A stretch of 64,000 bases of DNA from Trueperaceae bacterium. GTDB lineage: Bacteria; Deinococcota; Deinococci; Deinococcales; Trueperaceae. The stretch covers positions 192,001 to 256,000 of the forward strand of contig JAXHLW010000001.1 of the NCBI GenBank assembly GCA_034521815.1. The letters run 5' to 3'. The position numbers and the translations under genes are program-made. This document shows positions 10,640 to 20,384 of the stretch, piece by piece. Position 1 is the stretch's first letter, and each line of letters begins with the position of its first letter. The notes beneath the pieces were generated by a model. That model did no database searches. It had not been told where the DNA came from and saw only the letters and a list, made by a program, of their open reading frames with translations.

Positions 10640-12487
10640 TCAGTCCCGCCGGCCGGTGCGGGCCCGCGACGGCGCGCGGTCTCGGGGCGTGGATGGGCCG
10701 GGGGAGGCGCCTACGGCACGCTCGCCGGTCTGGACGCGCCAGAGGCCCGCGTACACGCCGTTCCGGTCGAGCAGCTCCTCGTGTCGGCCCGACTCGACCC
10801 GCCGGCCGTGCTCGAGCACGTGGATCACGTCGGCATGGCGGATCGTCGACAGCCTGTGCGCGATGACGACCGTCGTCCGGCCCGCGGTGATGCGCTCCAG
10901 CGAGCGTTGGATGGCCGCCTCGGTCTCGTTGTCGACCGCGCTGGTCGCCTCGTCGAGGATCATGATCGGCGGGTCCTTCAGCAGCGCCCGGGCGATCGAC
11001 AGCCGCTGACGCTGTCCGCCGGACAGCTTCTGTCCCCGCTCGCCGACGACGGTGTCGAACCCGTCCGGCAGCGCACGGACGAACTCCAGCGCCTCCGCGG
11101 CGGCCGCTGCGCGCTCGAGCTCGTCGTCGCTGGCGCCCGGCCGACCCAGCAGCAGGTTGTCGCGCACGGTGCCGTGGAACAGGTAGACGTCCTGGGAGAC
11201 CAGGCCGATCGCGGCCCTCAGCTCGTCGCGCCGGAGATCACGCAGGTCGGTCCCGTCCAACGTCACCGTGCCGGCCTGCGGGTCGTGGAACCGCAGCATC
11301 AGCTTGACCAGCGTCGACTTGCCGGCCCCCGTCGACCCCACCACGGCCGTGGTCCGCCCGGCGGGAACCTCGAGGTCGAGGTCGTGGAGCACGGTGCTCG
11401 AGTCCGGGTAGGCGAAGGTCACGCCGCCGAAGTGGAGCTCGCCGCGCGGGCCTTCGGGCGGCATCGCCACCTGCCCGTCGTGCATCTCGGGTCGCGTGTC
11501 CAGCACCGCGAAGATCCGGCGGGTGGACGCCATCGCTCGCTGGTAGAGGTCGAACGTCTGTCCCAGACGCGTCAGCGGCCAGAGGAGACGCTGCGTCATG
11601 AACACCAGCGTGCTGTAGATGCCGACCGAGATCGTGCCCGCCAGCGCCAAGCGGCCTCCCCACACCAGCGTGGCCATGAACCCCAGCACGATCGCCATCC
11701 GGATCAGCGGCACGAACGCGGACGACAATCGGATCGCGTGCCGGTTGGCGTCCAGGTAGCGGCGGCTCGCCTCGGCGATGCGTCCGGCCTCGCGATCCTC
11801 GGCGGTGAAGCTCTTGATCGCCACGATCCCGCCGAGGTTGTTCGAGAGATCGGCGTTGATCGCGCCGACCTCCTCGCGCACCGCGGCGTAGCGGGGCGCC
11901 ATCCTGCGCTGGAAGCGGAGCGAGCCCCACAGGATCAGCGGGATCGGCAGGAACGCCAGCCAGGCGACGCCGGGCGCGGCGACGAAGAAGAACGCGCCCA
12001 ACAGCACCACGGTCGTGACGAGCTGCAGGATGTCGTTCGCGCCGATGTCCAGGAACCGCTCGAGCTGGTTCACGTCGTCGTTCAGCACGCTCATCAGCCC
12101 ACCCGTGGCGCGCGACTCGAAGAAGCTCATGTCCAGACGCTGGACGTGATCGTACGCTTCGCAACGAAGCTCGTGCTCGAGCGCCTGCGCCAGCTCGCGC
12201 CACTGCACCTGGAACAGGTACTCGGTGATCGACTCCAGCGCCCACACCGCGAACGTCGCCGCGGCCAGCACCCAGAGCTGGCCCGGAGCGTCCAGCCCCA
12301 GCCAGCGCCCCAGCGCCGAGCCGTCGCCGGCGACCACGCTGTCGACCGCCACGCCGATCAGGAACGGGGGCGCAAGGTCGAAGGTCTTGTTCAGAACGCT
12401 GAACAGGGCGGCGCGCACGATCCTGGGGCGGAACCGTCCGGCGTAGCGCCAGAGGCGAAGGAGAGGCGGCACGGAAGCGCTATCCAC
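10640..12487 (-). CDS. ABC transporter, fused permease/ATPase (MsbA/MdlB-like exporter)
   Basis: N-terminal TM domain, Walker [33 protein letters not shown]. -10 TAGGCT lies 6 nt before GTG 12487. Confidence 0.93.
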   Translation of the reverse strand: MDSASVPPLLRLWRYAGRFRPRIVRAALFSVLNKTFDLAPPFLIGVAVDSVVAGDGSALGRWLGLDAPGQLWVLAAATFAVWALESITEYLFQVQWRELAQALEHELRCEAYDHVQRLDMSFFESRATGGLMSVLNDDVNQLERFLDIGANDILQLVTTVVLLGAFFFVAAPGVAWLAFLPIPLILWGSLRFQRRMAPRYAAVREEVGAINADLSNNLGGIVAIKSFTAEDREAGRIAEASRRYLDANRHAIRLSSAFVPLIRMAIVLGFMATLVWGGRLALAGTISVGIYSTLVFMTQRLLWPLTRLGQTFDLYQRAMASTRRIFAVLDTRPEMHDGQVAMPPEGPRGELHFGGVTFAYPDSSTVLHDLDLEVPAGRTTAVVGSTGAGKSTLVKLMLRFHDPQAGTVTLDGTDLRDLRRDELRAAIGLVSQDVYLFHGTVRDNLLLGRPGASDDELERAAAAAEALEFVRALPDGFDTVVGERGQKLSGGQRQRLSIARALLKDPPIMILDEATSAVDNETEAAIQRSLERITAGRTTVVIAHRLSTIRHADVIHVLEHGRRVESGRHEELLDRNGVYAGLWRVQTGERAVGASPGPSTPRDRAPSRARTGRRD

Positions 12488-12621
12488 CCGCCGAGCCTAC
12501 CGCGCGGCCGCGGGTGGCGCCCCGCCGACAGGAGCGCGGTCGGCGTCCGGGACCACACGCGCAGCGACCGTGGAACGGTACCTTGACGCCGACGCGGACC
12601 GAACCGCCGCTTGGAGGCTCC

Positions 12622-13086
12622 ATGATCGATGCAAACACGTTTCGTGACGCACTCGGACGTTTCGCCAGCGGCGTCACGGTGGTCTCGATGGACACCGACG
12701 GCGGGCCCCGCGGCATCACCGTCAACGCGTTCTCGTCTTTGTCGCTCGATCCGCCGCTCGTGGGCGTGGCCATCGACCACCGCGCCGGCGCGCACGGCTC
12801 GCTGGCCCAGGCCGCCCGCTACGGCGTCTCGGTCCTGGCGCGTTCGCAGCAGATTCTGTCCGACCGCTTCGCGGGCCGCGACGTCGAGGTCGAGGTCGGT
12901 TGGGAGCGGCTGGCGGAGGCTCCGGTCGTGCGCGGCGCGCTGGTCCAGCTGTCGTGCGAGATCGTGCAGCGCGTCGTGGTCGGCGATCACACGCTGTTCG
13001 TGGGGCAGGTCGAATCGGCGCTCACGCGGGACGGCGTGCCGCTGCTCTACCACCGCGGAGGCTACGAGGTCGACGGCTGGCGCTGA
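12622..13086 (+). CDS. Flavin reductase family protein
   Basis: FRDALGRFASGVTVV, SLSLDPPLV, GDHTLFVG, PLLYHRG. RBS GGAGG. Confidence 0.93.
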   Translation: MIDANTFRDALGRFASGVTVVSMDTDGGPRGITVNAFSSLSLDPPLVGVAIDHRAGAHGSLAQAARYGVSVLARSQQILSDRFAGRDVEVEVGWERLAEAPVVRGALVQLSCEIVQRVVVGDHTLFVGQVESALTRDGVPLLYHRGGYEVDGWR

Positions 13087-13168
13087 GCGGGCCGGCCCTA
13101 CCCCTCGCCGGGCCGGACGGCGACGGCGTCACGACGCGAGCCCTCGGCGGCGCGACCCCGAGCGCGCC

Positions 13169-14020
13169 TCAGGCCGTCCCGGCCAGCGAGCGGAGCGTCG
13201 CCAGGTCGCGGGCGTGCCCTTGGTCGTCGTCGCCCAGCGGCGTCTCGAGGATCATCGCTAGCCGGGCGAAGCGCTCGTCGTTCAGCAGCCGCGCGAACGG
13301 CTCGAGTCCGATCTCGCCGTCGCCGATGTTGGCGTGTCGATCCTTGCGCTTGCCGAGCGGGAACTTCGAGTCGTTCAGGTGCCAGCACGCCAGCACCGAC
13401 AGGCCGGGACCCTCGGCCAGCTCGGAGACGAGGCGCTCGTAGCCGTCCGCGTCCGTCAGGTCGTACCCCGCCGCGAAGGCGTGGCAGGTGTCCAGACAGA
13501 TGCCCAGCTCGGCGGCGTGCTCGGCGCGGGAGCGGATCGCCTGGAGCTCGGCGATATCGACGCCCAGGGTGCTTCCCTGGCCCGCCGTGTTCTCGAGCAG
13601 GACCTTCACCCGGTCGTGGCCGAGCTCGTCCAGAACGGCGTCCAGACCCTTCGCGACGCGGTCGATCCCGACGTCGCGACCGTCGTCCTGAGGCGCGCCG
13701 GGGTGGAGCACCAGGCCCGGCACGCCCAGCGCGTCGCAGCGCTGGAGCTCGTCGAGGAGCGCGGCGCGCGATTTCCGGGCCACCTCGGGCTTCGGGCTCG
13801 CCAGGTTCACCAGGTAGCCGGCGTGCGCCACGACCGGCATGCCGGCGTCCTCCCGGTCCCCGCGGAAGGTCCGCGTCTCGTCGGCGGACCGGCTTGCGCC
13901 GGACCAGCGGTTCGGACTCTTGACGAAGATCTGAAAGGCGTCGCAGCCGAGGGCGACGGCTCGCGCCACCGCCTTGTCGGCGCCGCCGGCGACCGATACG
14001 TGCGCTCCAGGCAGTCCCAT
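13169..14020 (-). CDS. nfo: Endonuclease IV (AP endonuclease)
   Basis: GAHVS, HAGYLVNL, HPG, LLENTAG, CLDTCH, HLNDSK, DRH, LETP. Confidence 0.96.
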   Translation of the reverse strand: MGLPGAHVSVAGGADKAVARAVALGCDAFQIFVKSPNRWSGASRSADETRTFRGDREDAGMPVVAHAGYLVNLASPKPEVARKSRAALLDELQRCDALGVPGLVLHPGAPQDDGRDVGIDRVAKGLDAVLDELGHDRVKVLLENTAGQGSTLGVDIAELQAIRSRAEHAAELGICLDTCHAFAAGYDLTDADGYERLVSELAEGPGLSVLACWHLNDSKFPLGKRKDRHANIGDGEIGLEPFARLLNDERFARLAMILETPLGDDDQGHARDLATLRSLAGTA

Positions 14021-14026
14021 GAGCGC

Positions 14027-14068
14027 ATGCTACCGGTCGCCGGCGCCGGACGGGCCCGGTGGTAGCAT
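14027..14068. promoter_or_regulatory. Back-to-back leaderless -10 elements for nfo and nucS
   Basis: TAGCAT on the minus strand (14032-14027), 6 nt before nfo ATG, and TAGCAT on the plus strand (14063-14068), 7 nt before nucS GTG. Confidence 0.7.
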
Positions 14069-14075
14069 CCTGGCC

Positions 14076-14873
14076 GTGATCGCAGCCCGGTTGTTCGACC
14101 CCGGCACCGACGAGCTGCTCGCGTTCCTGCGCGAGCAGCTCGCCGAGCCGGGCCGTTGGCTCCAGATCGGGGGCGAGATGGAGGTCGTCTACCACGGCCG
14201 CGCGGCCAGCACCGCCGACGCCGGCGACTACCTGCTGCTGCTCAAGCCGGACCGCAGCCTGCAGGTGCACGCCTCGCGCGGGATCAAGCCGCTGAACTGG
14301 CAGCCGCGGGTCGACGCCGTGGAGCTGCTCGAGGATGCCGGGCGCGCCGTGCTCGTGGCGGAACGCGCCTCGCCGTCCGAGCTGGTGCGCGTGGCGTTCC
14401 TGGCGTGCTCGTTCGCGCTGGCGCTGGCCCCGAGGGACGAAGGGGGCCTGCTGCTCCACGGCAGCGAGGCCCAGATGCAGCAGGCGCTGGCCAGGCGGCC
14501 GGAGCTGATCGAAGAAGGCCTCGTCCTGCTCGAGGTCGAGCTTCCCGTCGGCGTCGGCGGCATCGACCTGTACGCCCGCGACCGCGACGGACGCCTGGTC
14601 GTCGTCGAGCTGAAGCGGGGTCGCGCCAGTCACGAGGCCGTCCATCAGCTCGACAGGTACGTGCGGCGCGTCCGCGAGGCGACCGGGTCGACGGTGCGCG
14701 GCATCCTGGCCGCGCCCGAGGTCACGGCTCCCGCTCGGACCCGGCTGGCGGAGCTCGGTCTCGAATACCGTGAAGTCACGGCGCTCCCGGCGGTGGACGA
14801 CGTAGGTCCCGAACAGCCATCGCTGTTCGGCCCGCTCAGCGGCGGCGCCGTCAGAACGTCGGGGTCGTCGTGA
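14076..14873 (+). CDS. nucS: Mismatch-specific endonuclease NucS/EndoMS
   Basis: V.YHGRAAST, KPDRSLQVH...KPLNWQP, GSEAQMQ, IDLYARD...VVVELKR...AVHQL.RYV, RGILAAP. Confidence 0.92.
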   Translation: MIAARLFDPGTDELLAFLREQLAEPGRWLQIGGEMEVVYHGRAASTADAGDYLLLLKPDRSLQVHASRGIKPLNWQPRVDAVELLEDAGRAVLVAERASPSELVRVAFLACSFALALAPRDEGGLLLHGSEAQMQQALARRPELIEEGLVLLEVELPVGVGGIDLYARDRDGRLVVVELKRGRASHEAVHQLDRYVRRVREATGSTVRGILAAPEVTAPARTRLAELGLEYREVTALPAVDDVGPEQPSLFGPLSGGAVRTSGSS

Positions 14874-15978
14874 ACGCCGGGCCGACGGCCCGGCCGTTCT
14901 CCGAGTCCTCTCGCGATTCGCGCTCCAGCCGTTCGAGCAGCTCGGGCTGGTCGGCCAGCACCTTCAGGAACGCCTCGACGATGCGCGGCGAGAACCAGCG
15001 GCCGCTCTTGCGGCGGATCTCGGTGATCGCGGTCTCGATCGGCCAGGCGGGCTTGTAGGGACGCTCGTTGATCAGGGTGTCGAACACGTCGGCGACGGCG
15101 ACGATCTGACCGACCAGCGGAATGTCGTCGCCGCGCAGTCCGCGTGGGTAGCCGCTGCCGTCCCAACGCTCGTGGTGGGTGAGCGCGACCTTCTCGGCCA
15201 GCACCATCAGGTCCGATTGTCCTTGCGCCAACAGCTTGACGCCCACGTCGACGTGTTCGCGCATCGTGTCGAACTCGTCGTCGTCCAGACGGCCCGGCTT
15301 CAGCAGGATGGCGTCGGGGATGCCGATCTTGCCGACGTCGTGCAGCGGCGCAGCGCGGCGCAGCAGCTCCACCTCCGCCGCGGGAAGCCCCAGCTGGCGG
15401 GCCAGCAGGCCGCACAGCTCGCCGACGCGTTGCGTGTGGCGCCCGGTGACGTAGTCGCGGAACTCCGCGGCCAGAGCCAGGCGCTCGAGCAGGTCCAGTC
15501 GGGCGGTCTCGAGTTCCAGCGTGCGCTCCTGGACGAGCTCCTCGAGATGATTCACGTGGCGCCGCAACGCCTCGTACAGGAAGCGCGTACGAAGCAGGTT
15601 CTCGACACGCAGCTGGATCTGACTGGCCCTGAACGGCTTGGTGATGAAGTCCTTGGCGCCGCGGGACAACGCCTCGCGCTCGGCGTCGGACGAGACGTCG
15701 GCGGTGATCACCGCGATCGGGAACCAGTCGTCCTCGGACCGCGTCTCGGTCACGACCGAGATCAGCTCCAGGCCGTCCATCTCGGGCATGTGCAGGTCGG
15801 TGATCAGGAGATCGGCGTCGTGCTCGGCGAGCAGCGCGGGAACCGCGCGTGGATCGGAGCACGGCACCAGTCGACGGTACCCCGCTCGGTCCAGGATCCT
15901 GCCCAGCAGGGTGAGGTTCACCGGTTCGTCGTCGACGAAGACGATCGTCGCGTCCAGCGGATCTCTCAGTTCGTCCAT
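14851..15978 (-). CDS. Response regulator with HD-GYP phosphodiesterase domain (RpfG-like)
   Basis: Receiver domain (VDD, DLHMP, KPF), then HDVGKIGIPD, HHERWDGSGYP, RPYK. Confidence 0.93.
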   Translation of the reverse strand: MDELRDPLDATIVFVDDEPVNLTLLGRILDRAGYRRLVPCSDPRAVPALLAEHDADLLITDLHMPEMDGLELISVVTETRSEDDWFPIAVITADVSSDAEREALSRGAKDFITKPFRASQIQLRVENLLRTRFLYEALRRHVNHLEELVQERTLELETARLDLLERLALAAEFRDYVTGRHTQRVGELCGLLARQLGLPAAEVELLRRAAPLHDVGKIGIPDAILLKPGRLDDDEFDTMREHVDVGVKLLAQGQSDLMVLAEKVALTHHERWDGSGYPRGLRGDDIPLVGQIVAVADVFDTLINERPYKPAWPIETAITEIRRKSGRWFSPRIVEAFLKVLADQPELLERLERESREDSENGRAVGPAFTTTPTF

Positions 15979-16087
15979 CCGTGCCTCCGAGTCGACCTAC
16001 GGTGCCGGGACCCTCGTCAGCATGCTGGACCGACGCGCGTGATCGGGTGCCAAAGGTCACACCGGCGGGGCTTGCTACACTCCTGGC

Positions 16088-16117
16088 ATGTCCGACGATC
16101 TCCGTGGCGCGCCGTGA
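16088..16117 (+). CDS. Putative leaderless 9-aa uORF (MSDDLRGAP) coupled to the ftsB-like gene
   Basis: TACACT -10 lies 6 nt before ATG 16088; its TGA overlaps GTG 16114. Confidence 0.35.
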   Translation: MSDDLRGAP

Positions 16118-16416
16118 ACGCTGCCGACGCGCCGACCCGCCGAGCGCTTCGGCTTCTCGGCGTCGTCGCGCTGATCGGGATCCTGCAGGTCGGCTTCCTG
16201 ACCTTCGTGGAGCTCGACCGGACGATCCGTCATCGTGCCGCGATCGCCTCGCTGGAGGAGGAGCTCGAAGGGGCCCGTGCCGAGGCCGAGGGGCTGCGAG
16301 CCATCGCCGATCGAGCGGACGACGCTTCGTTCCGGGAGCAGCTGGCCAGGCGGCAGGGATTCGTGTACGCCGACGAGGTCCGAGTGGTGGTCCTGGACGG
16401 CGACCAAGCGCCCTGA
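16114..16416 (+). CDS. Septum formation initiator (FtsB/DivIC-like)
   Basis: Short N-terminus, one TM helix, coiled coil, and the REQLARRQGFV..DE signature. Confidence 0.75.
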   Translation: MNAADAPTRRALRLLGVVALIGILQVGFLTFVELDRTIRHRAAIASLEEELEGARAEAEGLRAIADRADDASFREQLARRQGFVYADEVRVVVLDGDQAP

Positions 16417-16468
16417 GGCCACCTTGGAAGGCGGATCCCGGTTCGCACGCCGCGGGGTATCCTCCGAT

Positions 16469-18028
16469 ATGGACGAGGGTGGCGAGGCACGCATCCAGGA
16501 GCTCACGGCCGAGATGGAGGAGCGGCGCAAGCGCATCGCGCGCGGCGGCGGTCAGGAGCGTATCGACCGTCAACACGACGCGGGCAAGGCGACCGCGCGC
16601 GAGCGCATCGCGCTGCTGCTCGACGAGGGCAGCTTCCACGAGCTGGGCGTGTTCGTCGAAGCGATCGACGGCGACGGGCACGTCGACGCGCCGGGCGAGG
16701 GGGTCGTCACCGGCCACGGTCGCATCGACGGACGGCCGGTGTACGTGTTCAGCCAGGACTTCACCGTGGCCGGTGGGAGTCTGGGCAAGATGCACGCCCG
16801 CAAGATCGCCCAGGCGATGGACCTCGCGGCGCGGAGCGGCACGCCGATCGTCGGCCTGAACGACTCCGCCGGCGCGCGCATCCAGGAGGGCGTCGACTCG
16901 CTGTCGGGCTACGGCGAGGTGTTCTACCGCAACGCGATCTACAGCGGGGTCGTGCCGCAGATCAGCGCCGTCCTCGGACCGTGCGCGGGCGGTGCGGTGT
17001 ACAGCCCCGCGCTGACCGACTTCGTGCTGATGGCGGAGGGCACGTCGTACATGTTCATCACCGGACCGGACGTGATCCGGTCGGTGACGAAGGAAGAGGT
17101 CGGCTTCGAGGAGCTGGGCGGGGCGACGGTGCACACCCGACGCTCGGGCGTGGCGCACCTTTCGGGCGAGAACGACGCGGACGTGCTCCGCAAGATCCGA
17201 CAGCTGCTGGCCTATCTGCCGTCGTCCGCGCGCGACGCGCCGCCCAGCCGCCCGACGCGCGATCCGGACGATCGGGAGACGCCCGAGCTTCTCCGCATCG
17301 TGCCGCCCGATCCGAAGCGGCCGTACCCGATGCGGGAGGTGATCCGCGCCCTGGTCGACGAGCGGGCGTTCCTGGAGATCCAGCCGGACTGGGCGCGCAA
17401 CATTCGCGTCGGCTTCGCGCACCTCGGCGGCACGGCGATCGGCATCGTCGCGAACGAGCCGAGCCACATGGCGGGAACGTTGGACATCGACGCCAGCGAC
17501 AAGGCGGCACGGTTCATCCGTACCTGCGACGCCTTCAACGTGCCGCTGCTGACGCTGGTGGACGTCAGCGGTTTCCTGCCGGGGGTAGGCCAGGAGCACG
17601 CCGGCATCATCCGGCACGGTGCCAAGATGCTCTACGCCTACGCCGAGGCGACGGTGCCGAAGCTGACGCTGATCACCCGGAAGAGCTACGGCGGTGCGTA
17701 CCTGGCGATGAACTCGCGCGACATGGGCGCCGACGTGGTGCTGGCCTGGCCCACCGCCTCCGTCGCGGTCATGGGCGCCGAGGGAGCCGCGGCGGTGCTG
17801 CACCGCCGCGAGATCCTGAACGCTGCCGATCCGGCGGCGGTCCGGTCCGCACGCATCGCGCAGTACCGCGAGCGGTACGACAATCCGTGGCGCGCCGCGG
17901 CGCGCGGCTACATCGACGACGTCGTCGATCCGGTGCGGACGCGTCGTGCCCTGATCGGTCACCTGCGCGTCCTGCACGGCAAGACCGAGAACCGTCCGTT
18001 CCGAAAGCACGGCAACCTGCCGCTCTGA
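16469..18028 (+). CDS. pccB: Acyl-CoA carboxylase carboxyltransferase beta subunit (PccB-like)
   Basis: GK.TARERI, DFTVAGGSLG, DSAGARIQEG, GPCAGGA, GFLPG..QEH.GII, KHGNLPL. Confidence 0.9.
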   Translation: MDEGGEARIQELTAEMEERRKRIARGGGQERIDRQHDAGKATARERIALLLDEGSFHELGVFVEAIDGDGHVDAPGEGVVTGHGRIDGRPVYVFSQDFTVAGGSLGKMHARKIAQAMDLAARSGTPIVGLNDSAGARIQEGVDSLSGYGEVFYRNAIYSGVVPQISAVLGPCAGGAVYSPALTDFVLMAEGTSYMFITGPDVIRSVTKEEVGFEELGGATVHTRRSGVAHLSGENDADVLRKIRQLLAYLPSSARDAPPSRPTRDPDDRETPELLRIVPPDPKRPYPMREVIRALVDERAFLEIQPDWARNIRVGFAHLGGTAIGIVANEPSHMAGTLDIDASDKAARFIRTCDAFNVPLLTLVDVSGFLPGVGQEHAGIIRHGAKMLYAYAEATVPKLTLITRKSYGGAYLAMNSRDMGADVVLAWPTASVAVMGAEGAAAVLHRREILNAADPAAVRSARIAQYRERYDNPWRAAARGYIDDVVDPVRTRRALIGHLRVLHGKTENRPFRKHGNLPL

Positions 18029-18161
18029 GAGGTGTCACGGAGAGGCGCCGCCTGCGGGTATGCTCGTGCGGCTCGCCCACCGTCCCGAATCGCCGCGCCG
18101 ATGCGCGCCGAGGGCCGAGATCCCGCGATTCGACCCTGAAGGTCGTTACGAAGGAGACGTC

Positions 18162-18992
18162 ATGAACTTGGACGATATCGGAAGCCTGGCCCTTGGGCTC
18201 GCTGTCGACGTGCTGGCCGGCATCGCCACCCTGGTCGTCGGCTGGATCGTCGCCAACTGGGCGTCCGGCACGATCCGTCGCGCCGGAGAGCGCAGCGAGC
18301 GGTTCGATCGCACGCTCACCAGCGTGTTCGTGCGCATCGTGCGCTGGACGATCGTGGCGGTCACGCTCGTCGCCGTGTTGGGCCGCTTCGGCGTGCAGAC
18401 CACCAGCATCATCGCCGTCCTCGGCGCCGCCGGCCTGGCGATCGGGCTCGCGCTCCAAGGTGCGCTGGCGAACGTCGCGGCCGGCGTGATGATCCTCGGA
18501 CTCAGGCCGTTCAGGCTGGGCGACGCGGTGGACATCGGCGGCACGATGGGCGTCGTGGAGGACATCGGGCTGTTCGTCACCAAGCTCAAGGCGTTCGACG
18601 GCGTGATCATCCATCAGCCGAACTCGAACATCTTCGGAACGGAGATCAAGAACTTCTCCCAAGCCGAGATGCGCCGGGTCGACCTGATCGTCGGCATCGG
18701 CTACGACGACGACGTCCGAAAGGCCATCGAGGTGGCGCAACGGGTTCTGGACGCCGACGAGCGCATCGTCGAGGAGCCGGCGACGCTGATCGCCGTCGAT
18801 TCGCTGGGCGACAGCTCGGTGAACCTGATGATCCGCGGCTGGACGAAGGCGGGCGACTTCTTCATGACGAAGCTCGATCTCACGCGCGCCGTCAAGGAGG
18901 CGTTCGACGAGGCGGGCATCGCCATTCCGTTCCCCCAGCGGGACCTGCACATCGTTCAGGACGTTCCGGTCGAGGTGAAGCAGCTCGGCTGA
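18162..18992 (+). CDS. mscS: Small-conductance mechanosensitive channel
   Basis: GAAGLAIGLALQG.L.N.AAG, RPFRLGD, PNS, IPFPQRD. RBS AAGGAG. Confidence 0.93.
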   Translation: MNLDDIGSLALGLAVDVLAGIATLVVGWIVANWASGTIRRAGERSERFDRTLTSVFVRIVRWTIVAVTLVAVLGRFGVQTTSIIAVLGAAGLAIGLALQGALANVAAGVMILGLRPFRLGDAVDIGGTMGVVEDIGLFVTKLKAFDGVIIHQPNSNIFGTEIKNFSQAEMRRVDLIVGIGYDDDVRKAIEVAQRVLDADERIVEEPATLIAVDSLGDSSVNLMIRGWTKAGDFFMTKLDLTRAVKEAFDEAGIAIPFPQRDLHIVQDVPVEVKQLG

Positions 18993-19003
18993 AGCGCGCC
19001 GGC

Positions 19004-20185
19004 TCACTCAGAGCTCGCGCGGCGCATCTCCGGGACGAACGCCGCCACCGCCACGACGCCCATCGCCGCGGTCAGGGCGAAGAGCGATCCGTGCCCGCCG
19101 ATTCCGGCGTCGAGCCAAAGGCCGAGGCCCCACTGCAGAGCGAACCCACCGGTGAACATGAACAGGTTCACCGCGGTGACCGCGCGGCCGGTGAGGGCCA
19201 GCGGGAAGGCGTTCCGCGCCAAGGCGAACAGCAGGGCCGAGGTCGCTCCCGATACGCCCAGCACGGCGAACGTGCTCGCCAATACGCCCTCGCCGGCCGC
19301 GGGGACGGTCGCGAGCACCGTTTGGGCCGCCACGAAGGCGACGCCGGCGCCGAACAGGGTCCGGCCGACGCCGAGCCGTTCTCCTAGCGCGCCCAGGATC
19401 AGGTAGCCGACCGACACGCCGACGCCGAACGCCAACAGGACGTTGCCGGTCGCGAGCGGTCCAAGGCCGATCCCGTCCGCCAGGTACGGCCCGGCCCAGA
19501 GGCTCTGGAAGGCGAACGTCACCCCGGTGGTCGCCAGCGCCATGCCGGCCATGCGCCAGAGGCGGGGCGAGCGGAACACGGCACCGAAGCCGGCCTCGGA
19601 ACGGTCTTGGGCATGGACGACGCCGGGAGCCGAGCGTGCCCAGACGGCCACGGCGCCTGCCGAGAGCGCCAGCAGCGCCGCCCCCACGACGAACACGGCG
19701 CGCCAGCCGAACGCCTGCGCCATCCAGGCCAGCGGGGTGGAGGCGAGCAGCGAGCCCGACGAGCCGATCGCGACCAGCGTGCCCGACACCGCGGCGAACC
19801 GTAACGGGGCGAACCAGCCGGACAGCGCCTTCAGCCCGCCCATCAGGATGCCGGCCGTGCCCACCCCCATCAGCGCACGCCCGATCGCCAACGTCGCCAG
19901 ATCTCGGCCCAGCCCGAACGCCAAGCTGCCGGCGACCGCGGCGAGCATCAGGACGGGCGTCACGATGCGGGCGCCGTAGCGGTCCAAGGCCGCTCCGAGC
20001 GGTAGCTGAGCGGCCGCGAACCCCAGGAAGTAGAGGCTGGTCATGAGTCCGAGGTCGGCCGGTCCGATCCCCACGTCGCGGACCAGGTCGCCCGCGATCA
20101 CCGCATTGGCGCTGCGCACGAAGTTGGAAAGGAAATGGGCCACCGCGAACACCGCGAACACCCCGAACACCGCCGAGCGCGTCAT
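19004..20185 (-). CDS. MFS transporter
   Basis: About 12 hydrophobic helices and motif A GAALDRYGAR. -10 TAGGCT lies 7 nt before the ATG. Confidence 0.9.
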   Translation of the reverse strand: MTRSAVFGVFAVFAVAHFLSNFVRSANAVIAGDLVRDVGIGPADLGLMTSLYFLGFAAAQLPLGAALDRYGARIVTPVLMLAAVAGSLAFGLGRDLATLAIGRALMGVGTAGILMGGLKALSGWFAPLRFAAVSGTLVAIGSSGSLLASTPLAWMAQAFGWRAVFVVGAALLALSAGAVAVWARSAPGVVHAQDRSEAGFGAVFRSPRLWRMAGMALATTGVTFAFQSLWAGPYLADGIGLGPLATGNVLLAFGVGVSVGYLILGALGERLGVGRTLFGAGVAFVAAQTVLATVPAAGEGVLASTFAVLGVSGATSALLFALARNAFPLALTGRAVTAVNLFMFTGGFALQWGLGLWLDAGIGGHGSLFALTAAMGVVAVAAFVPEMRRASSE

Positions 20186-20384
20186 GGCGACGAGCCTAGC
20201 AGCAAGCAGGCGTGCCCCTGCACGACCGCAGCGCGCGTCCCGGTCGTGCGCACGGCGAGGAGGAGCGACCTCTAGGCTGCTTCCCACGCCGCCCCCGACC
20301 CGGTCGTCGGGAGGGGACGACGCGACCGGGCTCCGTGGCCGCTCGCGTCGGCGCCGGCCCGCCCGCGGACGCGAGGAGACACCC

